A stretch of DNA of 64,000 nucleotides from Squalus acanthias (lineage: Eukaryota). Shown piece after piece: positions 13,951-26,932 of this stretch. Location: positions 28,768,001-28,832,000 of the forward strand of contig CM059443.1 of assembly GCA_030390025.1 (NCBI GenBank), read 5' to 3'. The number at the start of each line of letters is the position of its first letter. The stretch's first letter is position 1. The notes below the pieces were generated by a model. It searched no databases and was not told the origin of the DNA. It worked only from the letters and a program-made list of their open reading frames with translations. Both the position numbers and the translations under genes were made by a program.

Positions 13951-14528
13951 GGGGATTTTTTCCTCTTTGAGTTTGAGTTGTTTATTTAATAAATATTTTA
14001 ATCTGTATCTTAACTCCATCCACCTGTCTTGGCTCCATAAGCTTTTATACCCTGGTCTAGCAAAAATCTATCGATCTCAGATTTAAAATTATTAACTGAG
14101 TTAGCATCTACTGCTTTTTATGCTATAGGAAGCTATATCCATTTAATTTCAGCCTTCAATGTACAACAACAGCCGCTGTGCACACCCTGCCCGCCGCTAG
14201 TCCGTTTACCATGTGTAGATGAAAATCGGCCCCAGTTTTAAAAATTACCAGTGACCCAATCAAGTAGTCTTTTTTATTAGCACCAGAGAGTTTAGAAGAG
14301 TCTGACAATTCATAACACAACTAAAAGTAGGACATACATTCTAAAAAGTTTACTAAAGAAGTTGGAAAATCCCAAATTTTCGGACAGGTCCAGTAGAATT
14401 GGACATGGTTTTCTCTGCCATTCCACAGCTTCAGTCAGTGCCAATGTTTGGAGCTCCATTCTCAAAAACTAATAACGGTGATATACGAGATCGCAAATCA
14501 AAACTGAATTTGAAGGAAACGAGACATT

Positions 14529-14656
14529 GGGGTCAATTTTAAACCAGCAACGTTAAAATCAGAGATTGGCAGGAATGGAGCGGTAAATGGAGTTGCTCCA
14601 TTTTAACTTCTTGCCCGTTCTATTCCCACCCAGCAGGGAAAGTTAAACTTTCCCCC
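14529..14656. mobile_element. Short Harbinger-type MITE
   Basis: GGGGTCAATTTTAA ... TTAAACTTTCCCCC with ATT TSD. Confidence 0.6.
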
Positions 14657-14880
14657 ATTGTTTTTTATGGGATATAAAAACCACAATTGCCGTAGCAATT
14701 GACTGTTGGTGCTTTCAGAATAATAGTTTAGGAACATGTACTTCTTAATTTCACTTTACAGATGTATACCTACGGCTTAATGCATGCGTTGATATTATTA
14801 TTCAGCAATATTTGTATTGCTCAATCATCTTCCTTATCCGACAGAATGCTACCACGTAATGATAGCATTCCAGCTATTAG

Positions 14881-16260
14881 TCAGCACCAACCGCTGTACA
14901 TGGCCTTCTTTGATCTCACAAAGGCCTTCGACACCGTCAACCGTGAGGGATTATGGAGTGTCCTCCTCAAATTTGGCTGCCCTCAAAAGTTTGTCACCAT
15001 TCTCTGCCTGCTTCATGACGACATGCAAGTCGTGATCCTGACCAACGGTTCCACCACAGACCCAATTCACGTACGGACCGGGGTCAAACAAGGCTGTGTC
15101 ATCGCACCAACGCTCTTCTCGATCTTCCTTGCTGCAATGCTCCATCTCACCCTCAGTAAGCTCCCCGCTGAAGTGGAGCTAATTTACAGAACAAACGGGA
15201 AACTGTTCAACTTCCGTCACCTCCAGTCCAGATCCAAGGTCGTCCCATCCTCTGTCGTCGAATTACAGTATGCAAACGACGTTTGCGACTGCGCTCACTC
15301 AGAGGTCGAACTCCAAACCATCATCAACACCTTCACCGAAGCGTACGAGAGCATGGACCTTACACTAAACATCCGTAAGACAAAGGTCCTCTACCAGCCT
15401 GCCCCCGCCACACAGTACTGCCCCCCGATTATCAAAATCCATGACAAGGCCTTGGACAACGTGGACCACTTTCCATACCTCGGGAGCCTACTGTCAACAA
15501 GGGCAGACATTGATGACGAAGTCCAACACCACCTTCAGTGTGCCAGTGCAGCCTTCGGTCGCCTGAGGAAGAGAGTGTTTGAAGACCAGGACCTCAAACC
15601 CGGCACTAAGCTCATGGTCTACAGAGAAGCTGTGATACCCGCCCTGCTGTATGCCTCAGAGACATGGACCATGTACAGTAGGCACCTCAAAGCACTGGAG
15701 AGGTACCACCAATGCTGCCTCCGCAAGATCCTGCAAATCCATTGGCACGATAGGTGCACCGACATCCGTGTTCTCGCTCAGGCCAACATCCCCAGCATTG
15801 AAGCTTTGACCACGCTCGATCAGCTCCGATGGACGGGTCACATTGTCCGCATGCCCGATACGAGACTCTCAAAACAAGCGCTCTACTCGGAGCTCCGACA
15901 CGGCATGAGAGCCCCAGGTGGGCAGAGGAAACGCTTCAAGGACACCCTCAAAGCCTCCTTGAAAAAGTGCAACATCCCCACCGACACCTGGGAATTCCTG
16001 GCCCAAGACCGCACAAAGTGGAGGAGAAGCATCTGGGAAGGCGCCGAACACCTTGAGTCTCTTCGCCGGGAGCAAGCGGAAGCCAAGCGCAAGGAGCGCA
16101 CATCAACCCAAGCACCCCACTCACCCGCCCCTTCAACCACCGTCTGCCCCACCTGTGACAGAGACTGTAGGTCCCTAATTGGACTCATCAGTCACCTGAG
16201 AACTAATTTTTAATGTGGAAGCAAGTCATCCTCGGTTTCGAGGGCCTGCTTAAGAAGAAG
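14881..16260 (+). mobile_element. RTE-clade (BovB-related) LINE, 5'-truncated, open RT frame
   Basis: FFDLTKAFDTV, GVKQGCVIAPTLF, YAND (mutated YADD), C-terminal CPTCDRDC..SHL; (AAG)n tail; TATTAG on both flanks (14875-80, 16261-66). Confidence 0.93.
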
Positions 16261-16404
16261 TATTAGACAACATGGTGCAGGGAGAGGTGATGTTGTAATT
16301 GGAGTGCAGAAATATTGAAATTATACTGCAGGAGTTCGAGGAAAAACACTATTGAAATTAAATTGAAGTCCCCGTCGAAGGAGGAACCCGCACTCCCTGA
16401 TTCC

Positions 16405-16625
16405 CCATGCCTCCATATTCCCCCCTCTCCATCTTCTTACCCCAGTCCTCCCCTCCACATCTTCTTCCTCACTTCACTCTTCTCTTCTCTCAGCTCTTCC
16501 TCTCCTCTACTATCCCCTCTCCTTCTCTCCTTTCCTCTTCCTCTCTCAACCTGTCCCTTTCCACTTCCTCACTGCCCTCGCCTCTCTCCCTCCCCCAGTC
16601 TTCTTCCTATCCTCTCCCCTGACTT
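16405..16625. repeat. CT-rich low-complexity polypyrimidine tract
   Basis: About 220 bp almost entirely C/T. Confidence 0.8.
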
Positions 16626-17323
16626 GGTTCAGTTATCTCCAGCCTCGACTCCATTGTGTACAACACCACGAGAGATCGACTAGTATTCTAAAAAAAAATG
16701 CAAAAAAGGGACAGGTTTTATTTTTAATGAAACCAGCTTGTGCACTGGAGTACAAAAGTCACCCCTGATTATTATGCCCTACAAATACAGTGACTGAACT
16801 ATTTATCAAAGCCCTGCTATTGAGAGCTTTTTATAATCATACATAATGCAGGCCTGCCAAGTTCTGTGAAGTATGTAGGTCAACCCAGCATTTTCCACCC
16901 AGCAGCACAAAGCAGAATTCTACAAAATAGCTTTTCAGGGCAAAAAAGGACCACTGTACATAAGGAGCTTCAAATCTCAGGAGCTCCATTTCCAAGGATA
17001 TTCTTTTACTGATACAATTCATCATGTACAGTTACAAGTGTAATAGTGTTTAAATTTGAGATTTATTGAAAGCACCAGGTACAAAATCTCTGAGAAGTCA
17101 ACAGTTTTAAAAAGATTGAAAATAAATATGACCCTGTAGTGCCGAGTTCATATAATATTCATGAAAACTATTTAAAAGAAAATAATGTGTAATGCCGCTT
17201 TGTTTAAAGTACATCTTGTGTACCTTCTTCGTACAGATAGACACCCACAGGTCAGTGCTACTTATCCAGCTATCTCAGTTCTAACTGCTCTGTTCCTACT
17301 CCATCCTCCAAGTGAGGGTGAAT

Positions 17324-18138
17324 GGGCTGGATTTTCTCAATGGGAAGCTTTTGGAGGCGGGACTGCTGCTTGCCGGCTTTCAATCCCGCCTCCATCAGCT
17401 TCTGGCCAACCAGCGGGATTTTCCCCTGATTGACCTTGTTAAGCCCGCCCAAGCAGGCCAATTAGGGGGAAGTCACTGACAGAGCACGTCAACGTATGAC
17501 GTGCCATCTGTCAAGAACTTTTGAAAGAAGAAATGTCATCGTTTGAAGCTGTCAAACACTGACATTCTGTGTAGTTTGATGAGTTATTGTGTTCAGGACT
17601 CATCAAACCTTTCAACTTTGCAGAAATCACCTGGCTGTTGGTTCGGAGGATCCAACAGCCAGTCTGTGATATCTACAATGGAGATGTCGGGACTCCGGCT
17701 CCACAGCGGCTGAAGGCTGTCGGTAGAAACAAAGGTAAGTGAACATTTTATAACACTTTACACTCACCTTATATACATACCACTCCACACTTGCACCCAT
17801 CACTCACCTCTACATCGCACTTTCAGACCCCTCCGACCCCCGCAGACCTCCTACTCGTTTCCTACACCCTGGCGGGGTTCCCTGAGGTCGGGAAGCCTGC
17901 ACTTCAGCAGGAAAAATGGGGATAATCCTATTTTCTGCCTGTAAACTACCTGTTAACAGGCAGTTAATAGGCTTTAATCCCTTTCCTGCCTCGAGGAAAC
18001 GGGACTCAGGGCAGGACGGCTTCCCGCCTCCTGGCAAGAGGGCACGGAGGTGGGATGGGAGTGGGTTTGCCACCGGCCCCCAAATTCTGCAACTTTCCCG
18101 GCAGTCCCGCCTCCTTGGGGCTGACAAAAATCCAGCCC
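17324..18138 (+). mobile_element. ~800-bp non-autonomous PIF/Harbinger element, copy 1
   Basis: TIR GGGCTGGATTTT/AAAATCCAGCCC, TSD AAT; collinear with copies at 21979 and 33688. Confidence 0.88.
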
Positions 18139-19061
18139 AATGAGTCAAGTACAGGCTGAATATTCAGTACCCAGTTTTTAAAGCAGAGGTAGCCCAACTG
18201 ATGCTAAGCATTGAGCCCAAACTGCCATTGAACATTCGTACTTAATCTTGATGTCAGAACAATAACACTTTAGCATATTATATATAATAGAGAAATATAG
18301 ATCTGTTCTTGATCCATTGGATAGATAGCTGCTAATAGTTTTTTACAAGACACTGGAAAGATCTTCCTTTCTATATACAGCTATTTATAATAATACTTTT
18401 GAATTAAGAACTGATCTTCCATAGATAGTCTGTGGCCCAGAACATGTTTGTGATGTTTAGCTGCTAAGCAGACCTGTCCCTTTAAGGTCATTGCTCCAGT
18501 ACGCCCTATTGGAATCCAGGTAATTGTATTTGCTTGCAAATGAGCTGAGGTCACTGAGAGATCAGTAGATTGTTTGTCAATTTCAGGTTCCAGGTCAGTC
18601 TCCAGCATGAAATGTCTAGCTTTGTAAAGGCCTCCGTGGAATTCTTGCCCCTTTAAGACATTTTGAAAGGCCTCAAACCTTTCCTAGACTTAGAGGATCG
18701 ATTACTTTTATGTATTGAGGCAAAATGGCTCCTTTTGGAGTCAATAGGCTGGATGTCAAGGCCTTTGAGAGGGTGCAGAAGAGCTTTACTAGAATGGTAC
18801 CAGGGATAAGGGACTTCAGTTATGTGGAGAGACTAGAGAAGCTGGGATCGTTCTCCATAGAGCAGAGGAGGTTAAGGGGCGATTTAATAGAGCTGTTCAA
18901 AATTCTGAAGGGTTTTGATAGAGTAAATCAGGAGAAACTGTTTCCACTAGCAGAGGGTTGCAGATTTAAGATAATTGTCAAAAGAACTAGGTGGAGAGGA
19001 GGAGAATATTTTTTATGCAACAAGTTGTTTTGAGCCGAAATGCACTGCCTGATAGAGTAGT

Positions 19062-19296
19062 GATGTGGAGATGCCGGCGTTGGACTGGGGTGGACAAAAA
19101 TGAGAAGTCGCACAACACCAGGTTATAGTCCAACAGATTTATTTAATTTTACAAGCTTTCGGAACAGTTCGCTCCTTCGTCAGGTAAGTTAGCAGTGAGA
19201 GAATCTCCCAGAATTCACAATTTAAACACAGACAAAATATATTCAAATCTTTCCTACATCAAAGAGCACAGCCAAGACAATGAGATGTGTCCCAGG
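19062..19296 (-). mobile_element. Penelope-like element terminal (pLTR) fragment
   Basis: Shares tgatgtggagatgccgg.gttggactggggtggacaa...caacaccaggttatagtccaacag with 32135-32235; contains a hammerhead. Confidence 0.75.
19149..19187 (-). ncRNA. Minimal type I hammerhead ribozyme (Penelope-derived)
   Basis: Minus strand UUAC-CUGACGA-A-GGAGC gaacu GUUCC-GAAA-GC-UU-GUAA: stem I UUAC/GUAA, stem II with one G-U, palindromic AAGCUU. Confidence 0.75.
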
Positions 19297-19535
19297 GGAA
19301 GCAGATTCAATAGTAGCTTTCAAAAGGGAATTGGATATATACCTGGAGTGGAAAAAAAAATTGCAGGGTTATGAGGAAAAAGCAGGTGAGTGGGACTAAT
19401 TGGATAGCTCTTTATAAAAGTGCTGGCACAGGCATGATGGGCCGAATGGCCGCCTCCTTTGCTGTATGATTCTGAGTCCCAAATTCCTACCTACTGGTGC
19501 TCCAGCTGTTATTAACGGCGTTGTACATGGTGGGT

Positions 19536-19537
<2 letters not shown>

Positions 19538-19572
<35 letters not shown>
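19538..19572. repeat. (CA)n microsatellite
   Basis: Direct sequence. Confidence 0.95.
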
Positions 19573-19574
<2 letters not shown>

Positions 19575-20798
19575 GTTTGGTACAGCTTGATTTAGATCTC
19601 ACGCAGCTCAGCGCATATTCCCAAAGGAACATACTTGCAGCATATTAGTTCAGTTTGGCAGCAAGTCTACACATCCCTGCCCATTTTATTGGCAAGTTAA
19701 GAGTTAATATCACATATAATCTAGTGCATGTGACAGGCAGAAGAGGTCAATCAAATGGCATTCCGAGCTACTGATCTCCCTTGACATTACTGGTATGCTG
19801 TTTTCTCTAGGTGACCTCCAGCAGAAGGCTTTGCTGTGATAACTTATTTCTTTTCGTTACCTTTTGCATATTTATAAAGTATTTAATCAAGTATAAGTAT
19901 TTATATTTGCATGCTGTGTCAATCATTCAGTGTTTCATTATATTTTAAGTCTTTCTATAGTTTTGGCTTCACTTTGCTTCTCCTATTCGACAGACTCTAT
20001 TATTCATCACAGCACAACTGTAATCTAAATTTATAAAGTAGGTCACGGGTACCGAGAGGTTAACTTCAAAATGACTACAGGGACATTGAAGCATACTTGT
20101 TTTGTGGAATTTTATCTTGGTAGGCAATTAAAAGAAAATCACAGTATGGCATGTGCTTATGCTTTGATATAAAAGCTATCTTGTTCAACCAAGGGAATGT
20201 TGAGGATTTCAATGACAGTTAGATCCCCAACACTGCTAAATGGAGTATGGGCTTTCAAATTGTATTATTTTGTCTCTAAGGTACCCTGCCTTTTGCCCCA
20301 CCTGCACCTTTCAGCTACTACTGCGCCAGTGGATATTGTCAATTTAGTGCCAAGTTCCAACCCATGCTGAACAATCAACAATTTTGTGCTGTCAACATAT
20401 GCTAACTAACAATGAGGCTGAGGCTGAGGCTGAGACTGCTTCAGACTTCTTACCTCCTGGTTTATTTTCATCCCAGATCTTCGAGAACGAAAAGAATGTT
20501 CTAACCCACTCCCAAAACAATGACCCTAAAGGTCTTCTGTGGCGATAGTACTGCGATTTTATTGGCATTGGGGAGGAATGAATTTATGGCGCATTCAAAC
20601 TACAAGTTTAATATCAGCGTGAAGCAGCTTCAGGTTTGCTGGGATTCAGTTAATCATATATTCAGGGTGAGCTCTCACCACGACGTGCATCCTCCATTGG
20701 GAATCCACCACATTGTGGGAGGGATATCCGATCAGCTGCAGCATTTTATTCGCTGTAGCTGCTTGAAGGGACAGGCCAAAAACGGAATGAAAAATGAT

Positions 20799-21520
20799 GG
20801 CCCGGATTTTGCGGTCAGTGCGAAGGGCCCACAAAGATTTAGCGGGCGCTACAGTGTGGATTTCCTCTATTCTGATGTGACTTTGAATTTGGCGCCATCT
20901 GTGGTGTCCAGCAAAAGTGCAGGCAGCAGGCAGGCTGATCAGCCAATCAGATTGAACAATTCTCACAGACAGCAAAGCAGGAAGTAAAAAGCAGGGATTA
21001 TAGGTCACATTTTAATTATTGTACAGAAAGCGAAATAAAGATTGTGACATACACATGGGATTAAGGTAGAAACTGAAATATCATAAGTTAATTTTTTTTT
21101 AAAGTTTGTTTATTATTTTTAAAAATATGCAATTTTCAAATGTTCTTCTGAGGGAATGAGATTCCACACTTGTAAAATTAGTTTTACAGGGTCAGAGAAG
21201 TTGCTCAGCAGTAATTATGACTTAGTACACAGTTAACAATTCAGTTACACCTGATTAAACAAGGCTTAACATTTTCATTGGTTTTTACAGTGAGAATACT
21301 GTGTAAAATGTTGAAGTTCATGTTAATTTACTGATTCTGTGTTGATTGCATCTGCGAAGGTTGTAACAGCGCACCCTGTGGAGGAGCAGAGTATCACTGA
21401 CAGCAACTTCCGTATTTCCACGTTTAACTGTACATGTGCGGACACCAGAAGTTGATGTCAGATTTACTCAGTAATGACAGCAAGCGCTGACAGTTTCATT
21501 ACAACTGCAAATTCTGAGTC
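20799..21520 (+). mobile_element. Non-autonomous Harbinger-type element, family B copy 1
   Basis: GGCCCGGATTTTGC ... GCAAATTCTGAGTC termini; collinear with 29012-30003. Confidence 0.7.
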
Positions 21521-21978
21521 AATACCTCCTGAACACTGCCCTTCTTCAAAGAATACTTATGGAAAGGGGCTGGATTAGCAGAAGGGCAGCACAAACTGAA
21601 AAAAGTAGAAAACAGGCCATATTAATAATGCTGAACATCTTACTCTCCCTGCCTAAACACTCTATGCATCTTCCATGTAGGTTTAAGCACCTTGGGATGT
21701 TTTACTACGTTAAAGGTGCTATATACATACAAGTTGTTGTTGTTCCTGGGAGGTAAAGCTGAGGCAGTGACTAAAGAAAATGAATCACACCATAAAATCC
21801 CACTTTCCTGCCAATATTTATATTTTCTAGGGGTAGGAATTCAATGAGAGGCACCCCTCCCTGTTTTCCTTTATTTTCTGACCTTGTAAAAAAGTAAAAT
21901 TTGAGAAGAAACTCCAAGGCATGGAGTGTAAATCAGGTGGCAAGACCCAAATTGACTCCAACCCGAAGCAGAGACTGC

Positions 21979-22770
21979 GGGCTGGATTTTTTCAATGGAG
22001 ATGAGTTGGAGGCGGGACTGCTGCTTGTCGGGTCAATTTCCCGCCTCCATCATCTTCTGGCCAACCAGAGGGATTTTCCCCTGATTGACCTTGTTAAGCC
22101 CGCCCTGCGGGCTCAGCAGGCCAATTAGGGGGAAGTCACTGACAGAGCACATCATCGTCTGACGTGCTATCTGTCAAGACTTCTTGAAAGAAGAAATGTC
22201 AGCGTTTGACAGCTCAGGACTCATCAAACCTTTCAACTTTGTAAATATCAGATGGCTGTTGGGTCGGAGGATTCAACAGCCAGTCTGTGAAATCGACAAG
22301 GAAGATGTCGGGTCTCCCGATCCAGGGTGGATGAAGGCTGTAGGCAGAAAACAAGGTAAGTGAACATTTTTTAACACTTATCACTCACCTTCCATACTTA
22401 CCACTCCACACTTACACCCATCACTCACCTCTACATCGTACTTTCAGGTGCCTCTGACTCCCGCAGACCTCCTTCACGTCTCCTCCAACCCGGTGGGGTT
22501 CTCCAAGGTCAGGAAGCCTTCACCTGAGAAGGTAAAATGGGACTAATCCTTTTTTCTGCCTGTTAACTCCCTGTTAACAGTCAGTTTAAAGGATTTAATC
22601 CCTTTCCCGCCTCCAGGAGACGGGACCCGAAGCAACACATCTTCCTGCCTCCTGGCAAAAGGGCACGGAGGCGGGATGGGGGCGGTTTTGCCATCCACCC
22701 CCACTTTCTGCTACCTTACCGGCAGTCCCGCCTCCATGCCCGTCTCCTCGAGGCTGAGAAAATCCAGCCC
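21979..22770 (+). mobile_element. ~800-bp non-autonomous PIF/Harbinger element, copy 2
   Basis: TIR GGGCTGGATTTT/AAAATCCAGCCC, TSD TGC. Confidence 0.88.
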
Positions 22771-24200
22771 TGCATCTTCCAGGGATTCTCACTCCTCTTC
22801 ACTCCAGTGTTTGCTCAGGCCTGAACATTGATGTTGAGTTCAATTGTATGAAGTTCAGAGTTTCCAAAATTGAAACAAGCTGGCCGTAATCAAAATCTTT
22901 CCCTCCAGCTATCTCCCTCCGCCGCCCCCCCCAAAAAAATTTGAATTGCACAACTATGATTCCGAGAACAACTTAGAATTTTCACACATGCGTGAAGTCT
23001 TGCAAAAATTGCAAGGTTAATCAAAATAAGCACTGTAATGCAAGTTTTAATTAAAGCTAACTACAGCAAGGTTACACAACAAGTATTTGTAACTACAATT
23101 TTTTTAAGTTTTTTTTCCGATAACACAGCACTCCATCTGTTGCATGATTGCATGTGTAAGATTGAAATTATTCATTTTCAGATCAAATATTTCCAGCATG
23201 ACTACCCATTTTGAAAGATGGAAGATGTAGTTTGCATTGATGCATCTCCTTTTTCTATTTGACTAATGAAATGCATTTTCATTGCCTTTCTGACAATCTG
23301 CACTGCTCACAACCCTGAATATACTATTGTCACCCTGTCAGGCTCAATTACTGCTCCATGCCCACATCCCCTGGTTGAAGTCATCAGCATTCACTGTTTA
23401 ATCAGTAAGATTCAAAAAGCTATTCGGAACAACCACAAAGGGTGGCTTTCTCTCAGTATTCATTTAAAATCACTCCAAAGTATTTTTTCTTTCAATTTGC
23501 CTTCTTTAAAGTTAAAGGTGCCAAAACAAACTAGGAACTTGAGGCAAGTATTTTAGCATGATTGAATTGTAGAACACATTACCAGTGGGAATGGTGGAAC
23601 AGAAAAGCACGGCAGGTTTTTAAAAAAGGACTTGAAGTCCTGTTAGGAAAGAGGGATATAGGGCAATTATTTCCAGAATCACGGCGAGGAAACCGATAGG
23701 ATGTGTGGAAGGGTTAGATAAATCCATGTTCGAGTCATGATTAGAATGTTACTATGTTACCATCATCCAACATTTTGACAGGCTCAACCCAGTCTCTTTT
23801 TTAAAAAAAAGGTGAAGGCCCACAAAACAAGACAACACCAAGGTTGAACAGCATAGAAGAGAAGACAAGTTCAGTCAAAAAATAGTAATAAAAAATATGC
23901 ATAGGTTTTAGGAAGAATGGCAGACTGAGGAAAGTAACGAGTCACGCACTGTTGAGGACATGGGAAATAATGAGTTAAAGTTGGAGATGGTGTAATGAGT
24001 TCTGATCTCAGCACTGTGAGGATGCAAGGAAGGGGAAAAGAATGTGGATTAGCATTTTGGAGCTTATAAGGAATACGAGAGAAAAGTTCAGGGGACCATA
24101 GATCATAGTAGCAGTAATAAAATAGAGAAAGATAAGAAAGGTTGTGATAGAGAGAGAGGTTGGAGACCTGAGGCAAAAAAAGGACCTACTATCAGACAAT

Positions 24201-24965
24201 GGCCCGAAAATTAAACCTAATACGCGAGAGTACGCACTGTGTACTCTCGCGTATTAGATCCCGAATTGCCGGTTTCCTGCATGCACTGCGCATGCGCGGG
24301 AAACCGGCACTTCGTGAATTGAAAAGGGGGCGGTTCCTAAGTGAACCGCGTGCGCACTACAGGCTGCGCGCACGCAGTGCACTTAGTTTTTTTTTCAGCT
24401 TTGAACGCGCAGGTAAGTGGTGAAGATTTTACACATAAAGAAAGCAGGCATAGGACCCCCTTTTAACAAGGTAAGTAGTTAATTAAGTGTTATTTTAAAT
24501 TTTTTTCAACAGGTTTATCTTTTTTAGAGACTTTAAAGAAAGGTAAGTTTATTTTTATAATTTTAAAAAAGATTTTAAATTTTTTCAAAAATTTAATTTT
24601 TTGTTTAAAGTGGTTAATTTATTTAACTATACTTATTTTATTAATGTGATGGCTTTTTTTTTAAATTTAATTGAGGTTTAGCTGTTCTTTTGGGGGCTTG
24701 TAGTATTCATAGCTTTGACAGGTCTTCCTGTCAAAACTATGAATGAAAGATGGTGTGCTGCCATTGGCTCTAACTGAATCACGTGATCCCAGAGCTCGCA
24801 CGAACTAATTGCGCCTCTGGGACACGCAAGCACTGCACGGTTGCAACAGAGAGAGGCTTTGAAACTAAAGTTCGTGTGGGCCCGGAGCAAAAAGGTAGGC
24901 GCAGAGTGCGATATCGCGGGGAATCCTTACCCCCGCGGGAACCATCCATGTTTAATTTCTGGGCC
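24201..24965. mobile_element. Non-autonomous Harbinger-type element with CpG-rich hairpin ends
   Basis: TIR GGCCCGAAAATTAAAC / GTTTAATTTCTGGGCC, TSD AAT. Confidence 0.8.
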
Positions 24966-25777
24966 AATGAGTTTGCACATGAGTGCAAACCCACAACACA
25001 ACACTGCCCACAATTTGACACAAGTTGACAATTTCAAAGACCACGAGGATGACTATTGCTGAAAATGGTGACTTCAGACTGGTACAGTAGGGGGGCGGAG
25101 TAAAGAGACTGCTACCCTACATCGGAACATACTATTCCCAATCTGGGAATGTTTGATGATGATACTTGGTGCTCATGTTGAAAAGTTGAAAAGTATTTCT
25201 CAGTACTAACATAATCACCTTGAGGAGCTTAAGAATTCGCAAAATAAAAAGTCTATGAAAAAGACATAAATATTCACATTAATTTAGATTTGCATTCAAA
25301 TTTAACTCCCTCCCCCCAAAAATAAAGAGGGAGAAAATCCAATGATCCAAAAATAAATAGTTCTAGTGTTTGATGGGTTAGCAGGGAGCACCTTCCTGCA
25401 CAGGTAAGGGATCAACTTATTCAGCGAAATAGCCTTTCTAAGACTGTCAAGAAATTAGAGGTACGATTGTCCTGCTCCCGCCCACCGGAGTGCCAGTATT
25501 TCCTGTCCAGAGCCATTAACTTGGCCAGGGGCACTCCAGTGCCAGTCTGCTCTCTGGAAGAGCCGAGCACTGGCAGAAGAAGCAGGAAATTAAGATGCAG
25601 CTGCAGGCCTCTGGGGGCTGAGGCTACATGTCAGGCCTTCAACAGGGAGTCTTCTGGTTGCTGTTCTCCATCAGAGTTATGTAAGATGTCACAATAATTT
25701 AATTCAATTGTACTAGCTATAATATTTACTAATCTAAAAATGATCCAATAAAATGAAAAGCAATGTATATATGACAG

Positions 25778-26286
25778 ATTATCTAAGGAAGGATATACTT
25801 GCCTTGGAGGCGGTGCAAGGAAGGTTCACTAGATTGATTCCTGGGATGAGAGGGTTGTCCTATGATGAGAGATTGTGTAGACTGGGCCTATACTCTCTGG
25901 AGTTTAGAAGAATGAGAGGTGATCTCATTGAAACATACAAGATTCTGAAGGGGATTGACAGGGTAGATGCTGAGAGGTTGTTTCCCCTGGCTGGAGTGTC
26001 TAGAACTAGGGGGCATAGTCTCAGGATAAGGGGAAGGCCGTTTAAGACCGAGATGAGGAGGAATTTCTTCACTCGGAGGGTTGTGAATCTTTGGAATTCT
26101 CTGCCCCAGAGGGCTGTGAATGCTGAGTCTTTGAGTATATTCAAGGCTGAGATAGATTTTTGGACTCTAGGGGAATCAAGGCATATGGAGATCGGGTGGG
26201 AAAGTGGAGTTGCGGTCGATGAATGGCGGAGCAGGCTCGAGGGGCTGTATGGCCTACTCCTGCTCCTATTTCTTATTTTCTTATGA
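25778..26286 (+). mobile_element. CR1 (HER1-like) 3' fragment
   Basis: YLRKDILALEAVQGRFTRLIPG...[16 protein letters not shown] plus the CR1 3' stem-loop tail. Confidence 0.92.
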
Positions 26287-26712
26287 CAGTTAAAAGCTGA
26301 GCTGAAATGACATTGAATGAAGACTGTAAAAATCACTGAAGCATTATACTGTGACTAACAAGCCCAGATTTTGCGGGAATGGGGGATCACGCAGCGTGCC
26401 CCGTTAGTTACACTTTTTCCCTATCCTTTCAGCTTGAAAATATTTTGTCCTGTGAATTGCTGGCAGTGCGAGCTGATAAGTGCAAGGGCAACGGGACATC
26501 TGGGACCTGAGTGAACGACGGGACCAACAGTCTATCTCCTTAACCAATGTGGATCGGGAAAGAAACAGGAACAACGGAGAAGGAGGATGAATTAGAGTCA
26601 AATCAGGTACGGAAAGAGAGATAAAGAGAGGGAAAGAAAGATTGGATTAAGAGAGGGAGAAAAAAGGAGACAGAATTTACAATCTGTAGGAATGAGACTC
26701 CACAGTTTAAAT

Positions 26713-26932
26713 GAAAGAAAGAAAGACTTGCATTTCTATAGCGCCTTTCACGATCACCAGACGTCTCAAAGCACTTTACAGCCAATGAAGTACTTTTTGG
26801 AGTGTAGTCACTGTTGTAATGTGGGAAACGGGGCAGCCAATGTGCGCACAGCAAGCTCCCACAAACAGCAATGTGATAATGACCAGATCATCTGTTTTAG
26901 TGATGTTGATTTTTGGGATAAATATTGGCCAG
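26713..26932 (-). mobile_element. DeuSINE 3' half nested in a Harbinger-like element (approx. 26362-27060)
   Basis: Reverse complement of 32820-33037; flanked by a duplicated gagactccacagtttaaat. Confidence 0.75.

Larger units (their letters stand above)
18750..19470 (+). mobile_element. CR1 3' fragment interrupted by a Penelope fragment
   Basis: ERVQKSFTRMVPG...RRLRGDLIELFKI; CR1 sequence resumes at approx. 19297 after the insert. Confidence 0.85.
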
